A stretch of 64,000 nucleotides of DNA from the human T2T-CHM13v2.0 reference genome, Homo sapiens. Positions 43,955-58,736 of the stretch are shown piece by piece. The position numbers and the translations under genes were made by a program. The notes under the pieces are model-generated. The model did not search any database, had not been told where the DNA came from, and saw only the letters and a program-made list of their open reading frames with translations. Positions within the stretch are counted from its first letter, which is position 1. Each line of letters opens with the position of its first letter. The DNA is taken from assembly GCF_009914755.1 (NCBI RefSeq), contig NC_060939.1; one strand, written 5' to 3'.

Positions 43955-45390
43955 TGTCAGGGGTTTAAAGCACATTCAATGACATAATAGATGAAAGACC
44001 TGATGAGAAGGTGGACTGGATGATGAGACTTTGCCTCTGAGACAGACTCATCTCAGAGCCTGGCATAAGGGTGGACTGATTTGTCATTTAGATACATCCC
44101 ATGGCTGCCTGATCTGTATTGTCCTATAAAATATTCTTTAAAAGACCAATTAAATAGAAGAATGTAATGAGGTCGAGAATTCCCTTTTACACACTAAGCA
44201 AATGACAATGCATATTCTGAGCAAGCTATTCTCAGCAAACTGCCAAAGCAAATTTTCTTGCTTCAAAGGTTGGCATTTATTTAACATCGATTCATTCCTT
44301 CTATCTTGCTATGGTGGCATCGTTGGCATTGAATTCCCAAGCTAGACAGCTGAGTAGATAGCTATCACGTGGAGAACAGAGAGGCAGAAAACAGCTAGGA
44401 AAGAATCAAGGCTGGGGAAGGAGAGTACCATCAGAAACATTGACCAGGCTAAAAACAGCCATTCAGCCACCACTGAAGTAGGGAGCATCATCTATTAATA
44501 GAACATGCATTGACTGTTTTAAGCACGGTGTGTTCAGATTGCTTGCATGTAGTTCTGACTATGTTTAAAAGATGGCAAAGTTCAGTTCTGTTCTGTCTAG
44601 TCTGATGGCTGAAATAATAGAATGTTGGAAATTTCCCTTACTAATACTTTATTCTATTGCCTTATACACTGTTTTTCGTATACTAACTCATTGGGGAAAG
44701 CGTAATAACCATGCCACAAATCTTGGAGTAAATAATTTAAAACAACTGCAATTTTAATGTTTTTTTCTGTACATTATTTAATGCTAACTTGGAGTGAAAT
44801 TGCTTAGAAAGTATTGAATTTGTGTATCCGGCAAGCACAAGAATTTCCTTTGATGATGGAAATGCAATAAAAATAAAATCAATGATTATAATGTTATCTT
44901 AAATGACTTATGCTGAGCCCTGAAGATATTGCATCTATTTGTCCTTTTGAAGCATGTATTATTCTATTATCTCTATAACCTGTCATGACTAATAAACACG
45001 GTCACAGATTGTATTTCCTGAATCTATTAAGTTCTCAAAATTATGCTGCTTCAATTGTTTTGATTTTCAAAAAGACTTCATCTGGAATTTTAAAGATCTT
45101 TAAATTAACACAGGTTTTATAGATGTATAAATGATGCTTGCTTATCTGATGAGAATCTTCTTATCTTCTGTGGTCCTTTAGTGTGGAATGGCCTGAGGTC
45201 AGATGGCAAAGCTCCCCAACAACCTACTGCTCTGGGGAAGCATCTCAGGTTTCTGAAGTTACTATTCAGCTTTTTCACTTGTCATTTGTCTTGGTACTAT
45301 CTGTAAAATTTAAGAATTGATTGATTCTCAAAACATTCACCAAGTTTCTGTACATGTAAAGCCTATTTGTGATATTAAGATGGAAAATGT

Positions 45391-45727
<337 letters not shown>

Positions 45728-46899
45728 TTAAACAATCAATCTGGTGTAATTCCAATACTGTATGACATGCTAAATGCAATGTAGAGTTGTAGACACTAAT
45801 TTTTACTAGAAAAGAAGCCATTTTATTGGCCTTGGGGAAGGAATCAAAGAAGGCTTCCAGGAAGTGATGATTTTAGAGCTGAGTATGGAGAGGCACGAGT
45901 TACCCAGGTTTGAAAAGAAACAAAAAGAAGTTAGAAAGGGGAAAGGTGTTCTTCCATCCTACTTTTTCCCCTTTATTTCTCTTTCTTTTCCAATAAATAT
46001 TGGTTGAAACTATTTATGTGCCAAGAGTATGACCATATGAACGGGGTAAAGTCCAGGGTGAAAAAAACAATAGAAGCCAAATGACAGAGGCAAGAAACAA
46101 TGGTGTGTGTAGAAACATAGGAAGCACGAGAGTGAGGGTCAAAAGCTAGCAAGGTTTCAAATTACGTAACATTCTGTATGCTTGGAGATGGAGTTTAAAC
46201 ATTATCTTATCCGTAAAATTATCTTTCACAACTAATTAATAGACATGACCAAAGTTTTAATATACATTAAAACTCGCCATTGTGTTGAGTGGAGAGAAGG
46301 GTGCCGGGGCACAGTCAGGCAGCCAGTTCACGCATCCAGGTGAATAATAACCAAGTCTCCAAATAAGAGAATGTCGATGAGGATAGAAAGAAGGAGACAG
46401 ATTGGAAAACTTATTAGGATATCAATAAAATTTAGAGGCTTAAAGGATAGATATGGGGATTGAGAGAGAGGGAGGGACAAAAGATGGCACACAGTATTTA
46501 GACTGGGCGACGTGATGGTGTCGCTGAAGATAAAATCCGGAGGTGGAAGACCAGACATGGGCAGGGCTCCACTGTGAACATGTTGTACTTAAGGTTACTG
46601 GTGTGCCCGTGTAGAGGTGTCCATGAGGCAATGAACAACAATGTGAGGCTAAATTGGGTGTAGAGTCTTAATTGCAAATTTTAAATTTTAGAGTTGTCGG
46701 CTTTTAGTTGATAGTTGACATAAAAGTACATGAGATTATTAATAAACAGGAATAGAAATAGAAGAGAAAGGCCCTAAAATTGTGATGAAAGAGATTATTT
46801 TAGGTAGAGATGAACAACGAGGGAACAATAAGCAGAAATTGATGGGGAAATTTAGGGGTGCCATAAAAACTAAGGGGAGAGGGAGAGTAAAGAACAAGG

Positions 46900-47290
46900 C
46901 TGGCATGTTCTCACTCATATGTTGAAGCTAAAAACTTTGATCTCATAGAAGTTAAAAAAAAGTAAAATAGAAGATACTAGAAGCTGGGAGGGGAGATGGG
47001 GGAGATTTGTGAAAGAATACAAAATTATAGATAGATGGGAGGAGTAAATTCTAGTATTCTACAGCACCGTAGGATGGCTATAGCCAACAATAGTATATTA
47101 TATAGTTTCAAACAGCAAGAAGGAGGATATTGAATTATTCCAACCCAAAGAAATAATAAATGTTTTAGATGGTGGATATGCCAATTATCCTGATGTGATC
47201 ACCATACATTATATGCATTGCAACCTCATTATGTATCCATGAATATGCACAATTATATGTGAGTTTAAAAATATTTTTAAAATGTTGTTT
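46900..47290 (+). mobile_element. L1MA5/6-like 3' end
   Basis: catgttctcactcatatg...ttgatctcatagaag...gaggatattgaa...caaagaaataataaatg; flanked by aaagaacaag on both sides. Confidence 0.85.
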
Positions 47291-47741
47291 TAAAAAGAAC
47301 AAGATTGATTGCACTGAATGGAACACAGAAGGCTGATAACACAGAACCTCAAATCTACATGCTGGCATGGTGGCACATGGGCATTCATTGCTAACCCCAG
47401 CAAAAGTGGCATCAGTTGAGTGGGGAGGGCAGAGCTAATGTGGGGTGAGTTGAAAGATGATAAGACATCAAATAGGTGAGACTTGGGTTTACACTGCCGT
47501 TGAGAAGTGTGGCTCTGAGACAAGGTGGAGACAGAGCTCAAAAGAAGGATGCGGAGTTGTGGAAATTCTTTTAAAGATGTGAAAGACTGCAGCCCAATAA
47601 GAATACCCAGGAGAGGAACCATTAGAAACAGAGTTACCAATCCCGGATCCAGTTCATGCCACTTCCTTGTGATGTTGGGCCCCCATATGGCTAATTTTAG
47701 ATCAGAAGAAAGAAATGCTGAAGCAAGGTCCTACAGGAGCA

Positions 47742-47936
47742 GAGGTGGCAGGATTGGAGATGGAGGGTTTGGAGGTGGTGGGATTGGAGATGGAGGGATT
47801 GGAGATGGAGAGATTGGAGGTGGCGGGATTGGAGGTGGCGGGATTGAAGGTGGCGGAATTGGAGGTGGAGGGATTGGAGGTGGTGGGATGGGAGGTGGAA
47901 GGATGGGAGGTGGCGGGATGGGAGGTGGAGGGGCTT
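47742..47936. repeat. 15-bp G-rich VNTR, 13 copies
   Basis: Unit gaggtggcgggattg with substitutions but no indels. Confidence 0.95.
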
Positions 47937-48330
47937 GCCTTTGAACAGGAGAACACCTCTCTGGGAAGCTGGAGACTGGCTGATGAGGATGAATGTGGAT
48001 GTAGAGAAGTTTGCAACTGGTGGGAAGTTAGAATGAGGCCAGTTGAGGGAATTAACATCTATCTATTTTTTTTTTTTATTTAGTTTATTTGGAATTAGAA
48101 GACCTTGTCCTCTGCTAAGATTTGGGTATGGTGAGATGGCAATTAAGTCGGGGATTGCAGAGCACAGTGAGGGTTTTATATAGCTGAGGAGAGAGTGGGG
48201 TTGGGGATCTCAACGAGAACAAGAAACAGAGACAGCAGCTCAGGCTAGACACCATGAATTCATTCTCCAGAACACTCTGGCTGTAGCAGTGAGCGAAGGC
48301 AGGCAGAAATAATAGGTAAGAACTGGACTT

Positions 48331-48763
<433 letters not shown>

Positions 48764-49273
48764 TCATGACCGGCAAGTGCACTGCTGGAACCTGGAGCCT
48801 CAGCGTGGGTGAAGTACCTTGTCTCTGGCCATGATGGCAGGAGTCACAAGAAGATCAAATCTCCAGGGCACTAGTGATCATGGAAATAGTAGGATGGCAG
48901 ATACCATCCTGTGCTGTCATTGTTGAAGAAGTGAAGCAGCTACAATACAAAACTACAATTCATGTGAAGAATATTAAAAGCTTAATGGCTCAACAAACAA
49001 GGAGATGATTAACATTATACTTCCCTAGAAAAATACTAAGAACTTTGTGTATATATGCATTATATATGTATACATATATATTTAATGTTTTACTGGTCAA
49101 TTTTTTTGTGATTTTTTTTCAAAGTACATGATAAAAGTTCCCCTTGCAAATCACCTTTTGAGGGTATCATCTTGGAATGTAATCATACATCCCCTAGAAA
49201 ATATTTAGCACTGTCATAATTTCTATCCAGATGGGCCTACCTCATCTTGCACTGCAACCAAAGAAAATCCATG

Positions 49274-49532
49274 TTTAACAGTTTTATTGAGATATAATTT
49301 ATGTGCCATAAAATTCACTGATTTAAGCTATAAAATTTAATGATTTTACAGAGTTGTACCATCATATTCATGCAGCCATCACTGTAATCTTAACTTTAGA
49401 GTATTTTCATCTCCCCGCAGTGAAGCTTCACACCCACTGGCTTTCACTCTCCAAACCCCTCCATATTCCCAGGTGTAGGTAACCATGAATCTACTTTCCA
49501 TTTGTATAAATTTGCATACCTAGACATTTAAT
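49274..49532 (-). mobile_element. L1MB-type 3' end
   Basis: ttttattgagatataattta...ggtaaccatgaatctactttc. Confidence 0.8.
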
Positions 49533-50092
49533 TCATTGTGCTTTAGCACTTTCTCTTTTTTCCCCTTAAATACATAAACTGCATATCTAGCAAAGTCAGT
49601 GACTGTCCTCTGGCTTGTGGCTGGCGATTGCCCTCTTGCTTCTCTCTGCATATAGATCTTCCATGAATGACAAAGCCTTTCTCCAGGGACAGGGTGATGG
49701 TCTCTTACCCCGCAACCCCGCAGTGTCAGTGGTCAGGCTGTAGTCTTCTGCCTAAATGTGGGGGCAGTGTTGCATGCTCCTTTATGCTTGATTTTTGGCA
49801 TTGGCCCTGGCTGTGTCCTTCCAGATAATTCCTAGCCTCATTCTCTAGCCCTCCAAATGATTTAACAATAGCTTCCTTTTGTAAGTTTAGCTTTAATTTT
49901 GATCACACGTACATATGAACATATTTTAGAATCAAATAGTTCTATAATTCTGCATTTGAGAGCCCACATTCCCATAACCAGTTCACACTCCATCCCCAAT
50001 TTTTGGATGCCCAGAGACTTTCAATATATTTCTCTTTCATGATGATGATGATATTTATTTTCATAAATCTATATATCATGCTTATAGTATCA

Positions 50093-50414
<322 letters not shown>

Positions 50415-51109
50415 TGAATTACCTATTGACTTATGTCTCTCACTACCTCCTTACACATATGTATACATTTCATTCATCTACATTCCGATATAGTTAAGTA
50501 GATCCAAAACATAATCAAATTTTTTGTTAGATCAATGTTAAATATTTTTTAGAACTGAAGCCTGTAGTGTATACTAACCTATACTACATTAATCTTTTTT
50601 CCTGAATTTTTAATGTGATAATCATATTTTTGTTATTGTTTGCTTAGCTTTTCATTACCACTAATACATCCTAACCTCTCCCTTCATTGTTTGAATCCTT
50701 GAAAACAACATATTCTATCAGTTTCATCTTTTGGGAGGCATCTTTTGCTAAGCCTTCTGAGTTCTCCATCTAGGCTTGTTCTTTCTAAAGAGGCCTGGTC
50801 CTCAGCTGTTTTATTGAGTTGCCCCTCACCATCATCCTTGGGATTTTCTGTTCCTTAGATTGCATTGTTATCTCCCTAAATAATTTTTTCGTTTGGGGAA
50901 GTCACGTTCTTCAGTAGCTTTCTGAGAGAGGATTCCTGGTAGGTAAATTTTTTGAAAATTTGAATACCTGAAATTGTCGTTTATTTTTATTTGTAACTAT
51001 ACTCTGTTAGGTATAGAGTTGAGTTTGGGATTTGTCCTCCTTCAGAATTTTAAGGGTAGTATACAAGCATTGCTGAGACTGTGGTGTTGATGCTGAGAAG
51101 ATTGAAGCC

Positions 51110-51420
<311 letters not shown>

Positions 51421-52859
51421 ACCATTTTGATTTTTAATCCTTTGTCTATACCCTGTTTTTGCCTTGTCTTCTTCTAAATTCTTTTAGAATATTCTGTTTA
51501 TCCCTAGCATTCCTAAATTTCATAAGAATGTGCCTTGATTTGGGTCTATTTTTGTCCCATTTTGCCAAGCACTTATGGGATCTTTCAGTCTGCAAATTTA
51601 CATTCTTCAATTTCTGGAAGAAGTCTTTAAATATTTCTTAAATGATATAATTTTCTTCACATTTCTTATTTCTATTTTCGGAACCTTTATTATTTGGCTA
51701 TTAAACTTTCTGAAACTAATCTTTAATATTCTTGTCTTTTCTTTTCCATTAAAAGCCTTTTGAGTCTAATTTCTGGGAGAGTTTCTCAACTTTATCTTTC
51801 AATCCGTCCGCTGAGTTTTTAATATTTGCAACACATTTTCAATTTCTAAAAGCATTGTTTTTTCCTCTGAATGTCCATCTCCTCCTTTATGTAGAGCACG
51901 GCATCGTTATTTTCTTGTGTGAAGTCTGCTCTTATTCCTCTGAGGGCATGGCCACTCACTCACTTTGGGAATTTCAGTCTCTGCCATGCATAGTCTGTTT
52001 TCTCCAGGTTGCTTCTTTCTGTTTGTTTGGATCCCTTTCATGTTAGAGGCTTTCCTCAGATGTATGATAATCCCTGACTGCCATATTTAAGGCTGGGTAA
52101 CTAAAAGCTGGTTAAAAGTTCTCCACACACAGTGAGAGCTTGTTAACTATAAATTTCACTGAATGATGGTCTGGTTAGGGCACTATATTGGGTAATCCCA
52201 ACTGCCAGTATCTTTAGGGTTTATTTTATACACTCCTCCACCCTTGACTTTGGGGTTTATTATCTTCCCCAAAGAAGTGCCTTCTAATCTCATCCAAAGC
52301 CCAGCTGTAAGGTTTTATATATGCAGAAGGGTAACAGCTCTGGGGGTTTACATAATTCCTCTGTGCTGGCTTATAATTTACATTTCTTAGGTCTTATTAG
52401 TCAATTACCACTCGTTCTGCTTTCTGGCTCCCATCATTTTATGGCTGATTTCTTATCTTTTGGTCCTTTGGAATTATGAGTTTATGCCTTTAAAAAGTCT
52501 TTACTTATTTTTAGTAGCGTTTCAAGAGGGAATAATATTCTGTGAATAAACCCTTCTCTTTTGTTGCTGAATCAGCCACAGTTAGGTTCTATAGCTTAAA
52601 TTTATATACCCTAACTTATATGCAGATACATAAATAATTATAATTCAAGTCAATACTTGCTACAAAAGAGGACAGTGCCCAGTGTGTTGAGCACACAGAG
52701 AGTAAGTCTGCATTCATTGACAAAAGTTTAGGATGTCTTCACTTTTTAAATTTTTTGACTAGCACTTAAAATACATATTCAAAGTGTTACCTATGGTGGG
52801 AAGTGAAAGAGGTCTTAACATTAAGGTTAAATTGGGCAGGTATATCACTGGATTCTTTT

Positions 52860-53035
52860 ATAAGACTTTGTATTTAGGGCATCAAAATAATTGTCTTAAT
52901 TAGGATTAGTATTTCGTATTACAGATAAGGAAAGTGGTAGCCAGAGAGATTTATTTTTAAAAGAGTAAAGTTATCTAGCAAAAAATGACAGAACTTGAAT
53001 TGAAATATAAGTTCCTATTTCTCCAAAGCCATGCC
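52860..53035 (-). mobile_element. MIR fragment
   Basis: ttacagataaggaaagtggtagccagagag. Confidence 0.6.
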
Positions 53036-53754
53036 TTAGGTGTAGAAATTTACAGAGCAAAATAAGGGTCTTTATCAGAACCAAAAATGGCATTCCTGTT
53101 TACTAAGAAACAGACCTCTCTCAGAATTTTTAGAAGTGATTATCCAATTTATGTAATAACTAAGTTCCATTTTCTCCCCTCAGCTCACTGGTAAATATTC
53201 CACTTTGATGTTTTTTTTAAACCATTTTCCTACTCTTGCACCTATTACGTGTACAGAATAGAGGAGAAAAAAATCTTTTTTTATTTCCAGGAAAGTATGG
53301 AAGGAAGATGAATCAAATCATTTAACTTACATTTATGGATTCAGGGATTCATTTTCCACATGCTTTCTGTCCCACGTTTCTACGGCCTCCAAAATCTGTC
53401 TCTTATATGTGTTAGCAGAAGTGGAGGGATCTGCACATACGCAGCCTCCGTGGATGCTCAAATGCCCTCTCTACCTGCTCCACCTCCTGTCTCACCTTCC
53501 CCTTCAAGGCTTGGCATCCTTGCTTCTGACCCAGCCACAGTAAGCTCTTCTTAGGTAAATTTCTTTCCTTCAAGGGGGCATTGGTTGGGACTCAAATGAC
53601 ACTAAGAGTACTTTCTGATTTTCTTTAAAATATTGCTGCAATACCTACTGATCAGACTTTATTTTTTCCCTTATTTGTCCTCTTATGAGACACTGATTGA
53701 AACCCAACTTTGAGCAGGAAACTAATACTAGAGAAAGAGAAATACCAAGATCTA

Positions 53755-54008
53755 GAATTTACTGACTGTTTTGTGTTAGATCCATTCTAAATGCTCTACA
53801 TATATGGTCTCATTTCTCACATTTCAAACCTCTGTGAATTTCTATTTATTATTCTATCATCATTCCATTTTACAGATGAAAAATTTTTTGGTACAGAGAG
53901 ATTTAAATAACTCTCCCCAAATCCACATTACACAGTACTGAGTGGAGCCAGGATTTGAACAACCAGAGTCTGACCCGTGGGCTTTCAACCGGTCCCCTAC
54001 ACTGCTAT
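53755..54008 (-). mobile_element. MIR
   Basis: ccattttacagatgaaaaa...cagagagatttaaataact...gagtggagccaggatttgaac. Confidence 0.8.
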
Positions 54009-54260
54009 GCTCAGATGAGTCTTGCTCTGGAGCAGCTCATTGACACTTCCTGGAAATTTTGGTTAATATTTCAAGCCTGTTTGTGCATCCACAGAAACTT
54101 TATGAACATTCAGAGAGTAGAGGCCCTTCAGGCCAGCAGAAGAGCAACGGAGGCACTCAGAATTTATAAACTAGTGGATTGAATTTAGGCCAAAGTGCCC
54201 TGAGGATCAGGAAGCTTTCAGTGCACCTCCAGCCACACCAAACCCACAGGCCAGTCCTAA

Positions 54261-54855
<595 letters not shown>

Positions 54856-54919
54856 TCATGGTGTCAGTGTGAAACAAGCAAGCAGCTGAGATGGAAATTT
54901 AATCATACATCGAGTCTTG

Positions 54920-56545
54920 TTTCCTCTCCACAGGAGAGATACTCACTTGGCTTCCAGGAGATCACACTTGCCTGTCTTACCTCCTACTTCACAGGCTATA
55001 CCTTTTCAGGCTTTTTTGTTAATTCCTCTTCATCATTCTAACCTTTAAAATTAGCGTGTTCCAGGTCTGAGTCCTGGGTCATCTTCTTTTCTCTGTCTCA
55101 CTCGACATGATCTCATCCCTGTCCTGGTTTTAAGTGTCATATATATGCTAGTGACTCGAAATCATATCTTCAGCTCTGCTGCCTCTCCTGAGCCCCAGGC
55201 CCATTTATCCAGCTGTCTATTTTACATTTCCACCTGGACGTCTAACATCTCAGGTTTGTCAGTTCCAACAATGAACTCCTGATCTCTTCCAGCAAACCTC
55301 TCTTAATAAATTTATCTCTCTCTCTTCATCCCTCTTGTTGTTCAGCACACAAACCTTGAAGTCATCCCTGACTCCTCTCCTCTCACACCTTATTTCCAAT
55401 CCATCAGGAAATCCTACTGGATTAAAAATAACATGCAGGCCAGGCATGGTGACTCATACCTATAATCCCTGCAATTTGGGAGGCTTGAGGAGGAAGGATC
55501 GTTTGAGGCCAGGAGTTCAAGACAACATAGTGAGGCCCCATTTCTACAACTGTTTTTAAAAAATTAGCTGGTTGTGGTGGCACACACCTGCAAACCTAGC
55601 TACTCAGGAGGCTGAGGTGGGAGAATCACTTGAGTCCAGGGGTTCTATCTAGGTTGCAGTGAACTATGATTGCACCACTGCACTCCAGCCTGGGTGACAA
55701 AGCAAGCCCCTATCTCTAAAATAAATAAATAAAATAAAAATATATCCAGAATCCAACCACTTCCTGCCACCCTCATTGCAATGATACTGATGAAAGCTAG
55801 CGTCATCTTTCTCCTGGATTGCTGTAATGTCTTCTAACTGGCCTCTCTGCTTATGTCCTCGCCCCTTAACTGTTCTTGCCTCAGGATAGTAGCCAGGTGA
55901 TGGTTATTAAAAGAAAGTTAGATCATGTGATTGACTCCCTGCTCAAAACCCTCAGTGGCTGTTGGTTCCACTCAGAGTGAAAGCCTGACTCTTCACAGTG
56001 GCTGAGGAAGCCCTGCATCACCCGGCCCCTCCGCCCTCCCCAAACCCTTGTGTGTGCTTTTGCCTAGGTCTCTCAGCTCCAGCCACATGCGCTGCCTTGC
56101 TGTTCTTTGAGCACACCAGACATGTGGTGCCCTGAGCCTTTGACCATTCTTCCTGCAGCCTGGGCGCCCATCTCTCAGATGTCTGAGTGGCTAAGCCCCT
56201 CAACTTTGTCACATCTTTCACCAATGTCCCCTTCCAATGAGGCCCGTCCTGGACCATCCCATATCAAGGACCATCCCATATCAAGTTGCCCCCATCCCCG
56301 TGCCAGAGAACCCTGAGCTCATTACTCTGGCATTTTTCCTTAGCTCTGACACCTTCTAATACACCTTGTGATTTGCTTGTTATTATGCTTGCTGCTTGGT
56401 ATTTGACTTTTTAATGCTAGAATATAAGCTCCACGATGGTAGAAATAGCTTTTGTCTATTTTATTCAGTGATGTCTCTCAAATGCCTAGGACACTGTCTG
56501 GCATGGGGTGGACACTCAACATCCACTGAACAAATGAATGAATAC
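54920..56545 (+). mobile_element. L2a-like element to its 3' end, interrupted by AluJ
   Basis: cacttggcttccagga; ccctgctcaaaaccctcagtggct; ctagaatataagctccacgatgg; terminal aatgaatgaa; 17-bp tandem duplication at 56251-56284. Confidence 0.85.
55438..55738 (+). mobile_element. AluJ
   Basis: gaggccaggagttcaagac; gcagtgaactatgattgcaccactgc. Confidence 0.9.
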
Positions 56546-57613
56546 CCAGATATATTACAAACAACATTAAAATGTATCAGAAAGCACAGCCTTTAAAAAC
56601 CGTGGAATAAAAGGAGGTTAGAATTGGATCTGTAAAGCAAGGACTGACATAGACTTGCATGGTTCAAACTCCTGATTCCCAAACTTTTCCACATGTAGTT
56701 CCCAGAACTGCACATCGAAGAGCCTATCTTTTGCTCACTTTTTTCAGGGGAAGAGAGGGAGTTTTGGAGAAAGAACTTCAAAAATCAGAATTTTCTCCCT
56801 GTCATCTTTTAAGGTTTATTTTTAGTCCTACTTGAGCAAGAAGGCAAAAACTCTCTTGTTTCCCAGGATATTTCTTCTCCTTCTTATAAATACTTGAAAC
56901 TCTTTTCACCAATGATGACAAAAATCCATCATTCCACAGTGAGAGAGAAAAAGCCCCAAATTCAAATGCTTTTTCAGAACATTTGTGTTTAATCTAATTG
57001 AATCTAATCTAAATTCTAATGAAGTAATTAAGCAATAAATATAAACAGCCAATATCAGATGCTTCCCCTTTCTGTAAAAGAACAAGCTTGAGTGACTTAG
57101 ACGGCGCAAGATACTGAATATTGGGGTCATTCCAATGAAGGGAGCGGGCACAGGATGGGAGGTTGAAAATGACAGTGGCAAATGTTTTAATGTAGACAAA
57201 ATCACAGCATCATCCCTGTTTACCTTAAGCAGCCGTTTTACAGGCTCTGCTCGTGAGCAGAGCAGAGGGAGCACTGAACTGTTGATCTACCAAGTGTCAG
57301 TCCTTAGAGGCTGCTCAAGGCTACAGAGCCCTCCCCAAGGGAGGACCCGGTGCTGGACAACAGCTCAGCAGGGAGACGCTTTCTGGGTCATGCTGCGGAG
57401 ACCTCTGCTGTTCCTTTTTGCTGTGCCACCTCTGTTTCTCACGGCTATATCCTTAAAAAAAGAGAGGGAGGTGGGGGGCATTTAAAAAAATATTAAGGTA
57501 CTAGAGAACTAGTTAGCAAAGTATTATTGTTATTAAAATATAAAAAATAGTTAATGTTTTGGTCAAATGATAACGTCTGGTAAAGTCCTTAATGCTCAAC
57601 CAGACAATGGCAA

Positions 57614-57666
57614 ACACACCCCCCCCCACACACACACACACACACACGCACACACATGCATACACA
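57614..57666. repeat. Compound C-run/(CA)n microsatellite
   Basis: acacacccccccccacacacacacacacacacacgcacacaca. Confidence 0.9.
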
Positions 57667-58004
57667 GTTTGTATGAATGCAGTTATCTTTCTACCAAGTG
57701 TAATGAATCTCTTACTTAATTTTCCTCACTTTTTATTGGCTGCTTTTGCAGAAAAAATTTTCATTGTATGCCTATTTTCAAGGCTTGTGATATCTCTCTA
57801 CGTACAAAAACACTCACCAGTCCTAATTCTCTTAGTCATCTTCAGTGAAGTGACATGGGAGCACACGAAACAGCCTGAATCTAAAGGGCTAAGAAGAAAG
57901 CGTGCCTACAGAAAAACTGGTTTCCATAATCTCTTCCTTCGTTCAGAATGTATCTAATTAGGTGCCAATAAAAATAGCAAAAATTATAAAAGATTCTTTT
58001 CTTT

Positions 58005-58318
58005 TTAAAAAAGGCTTTATTGAGGTATATTTGGTATACAGAAAAGACCCCTGGACATATTCAAGGCATACAATTTGCTGAGTTTGGACATATGCATACA
58101 CCTGTAGTAGTATCATCCCCACAATCAAGAGAATAAACAAACTCATCACCTCCAGAAGTTTCCTTGTATGCCTTTGCTTTGTGTGTGTGGTGGGGTGGGG
58201 GTTATGCAAAATGCTTAACATGAGATCTGCCCTCTAAGCAAACGTTTAAATGCACATCATATTGTTACCCATAGACGCTATTTGTACAGCAGATCTTTAG
58301 AACTTACTTGTCTTGTAT
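58005..58318 (-). mobile_element. L1MA10/L1MB1-like 3' end
   Basis: ctttattgaggtata...gagtttggacatatgcatacacctgt...cttaacatgagatct...gtacagcagatctttagaactta. Confidence 0.85.
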
Positions 58319-58350
58319 TTTTTTATTGTTCTTTTGATAGGATGACTAAC

Positions 58351-58736
58351 TGTATTAGTCCATTTTCATGGTGCTAATAAAGACATACCTGAGACTGGTT
58401 AATTTATTTAAAAAAACAAACAAACAAAAAAAAACAAGGTTTAGTGGACTCACATGGTTCCACATGGCTGGGAAGGCCTCACAATCATCGCAGAAGGCAA
58501 AGGAAGAGTAAAGTCACGTCTTACATGGCAGCAGGCAAGAGAGCGTGTGCAGGGGAATTCCCCTTTAAGAAACCATCAGATCTTGTGAGACTTATTCACT
58601 ATCATGAGAACAGCATGGGAAAGACCTGCCCCCATGATTCATTGACCTCCTACTGGGTCCCTCCCACAGCACATGGAAATTGTGGGAGCTATAATTCAAG
58701 ATGAGATTTGGGTGAGAACACAGTCAAACCATACGA
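58351..58736 (-). mobile_element. THE1 solo LTR (THE1B/C-like)
   Basis: tgtattagtccattttcatg ... attcaagatgagatttgggtg; perfect TSD ctaac. Confidence 0.93.

Noticed and set aside
47525-47944. 139-aa glycine-rich ORF resembling keratin/loricrin-type repeats
   Set aside because: Produced by the 15-bp VNTR inside an L2; GTG start and no gene context.
53291-53554. Possible exon (acceptor ttttttatttccag, donor ag/gtaaat)
   Set aside because: Splice-like motifs alone are too common; no continuous reading frame and no transcript evidence. Similar isolated donors near 19887 and 25039 were also dropped.
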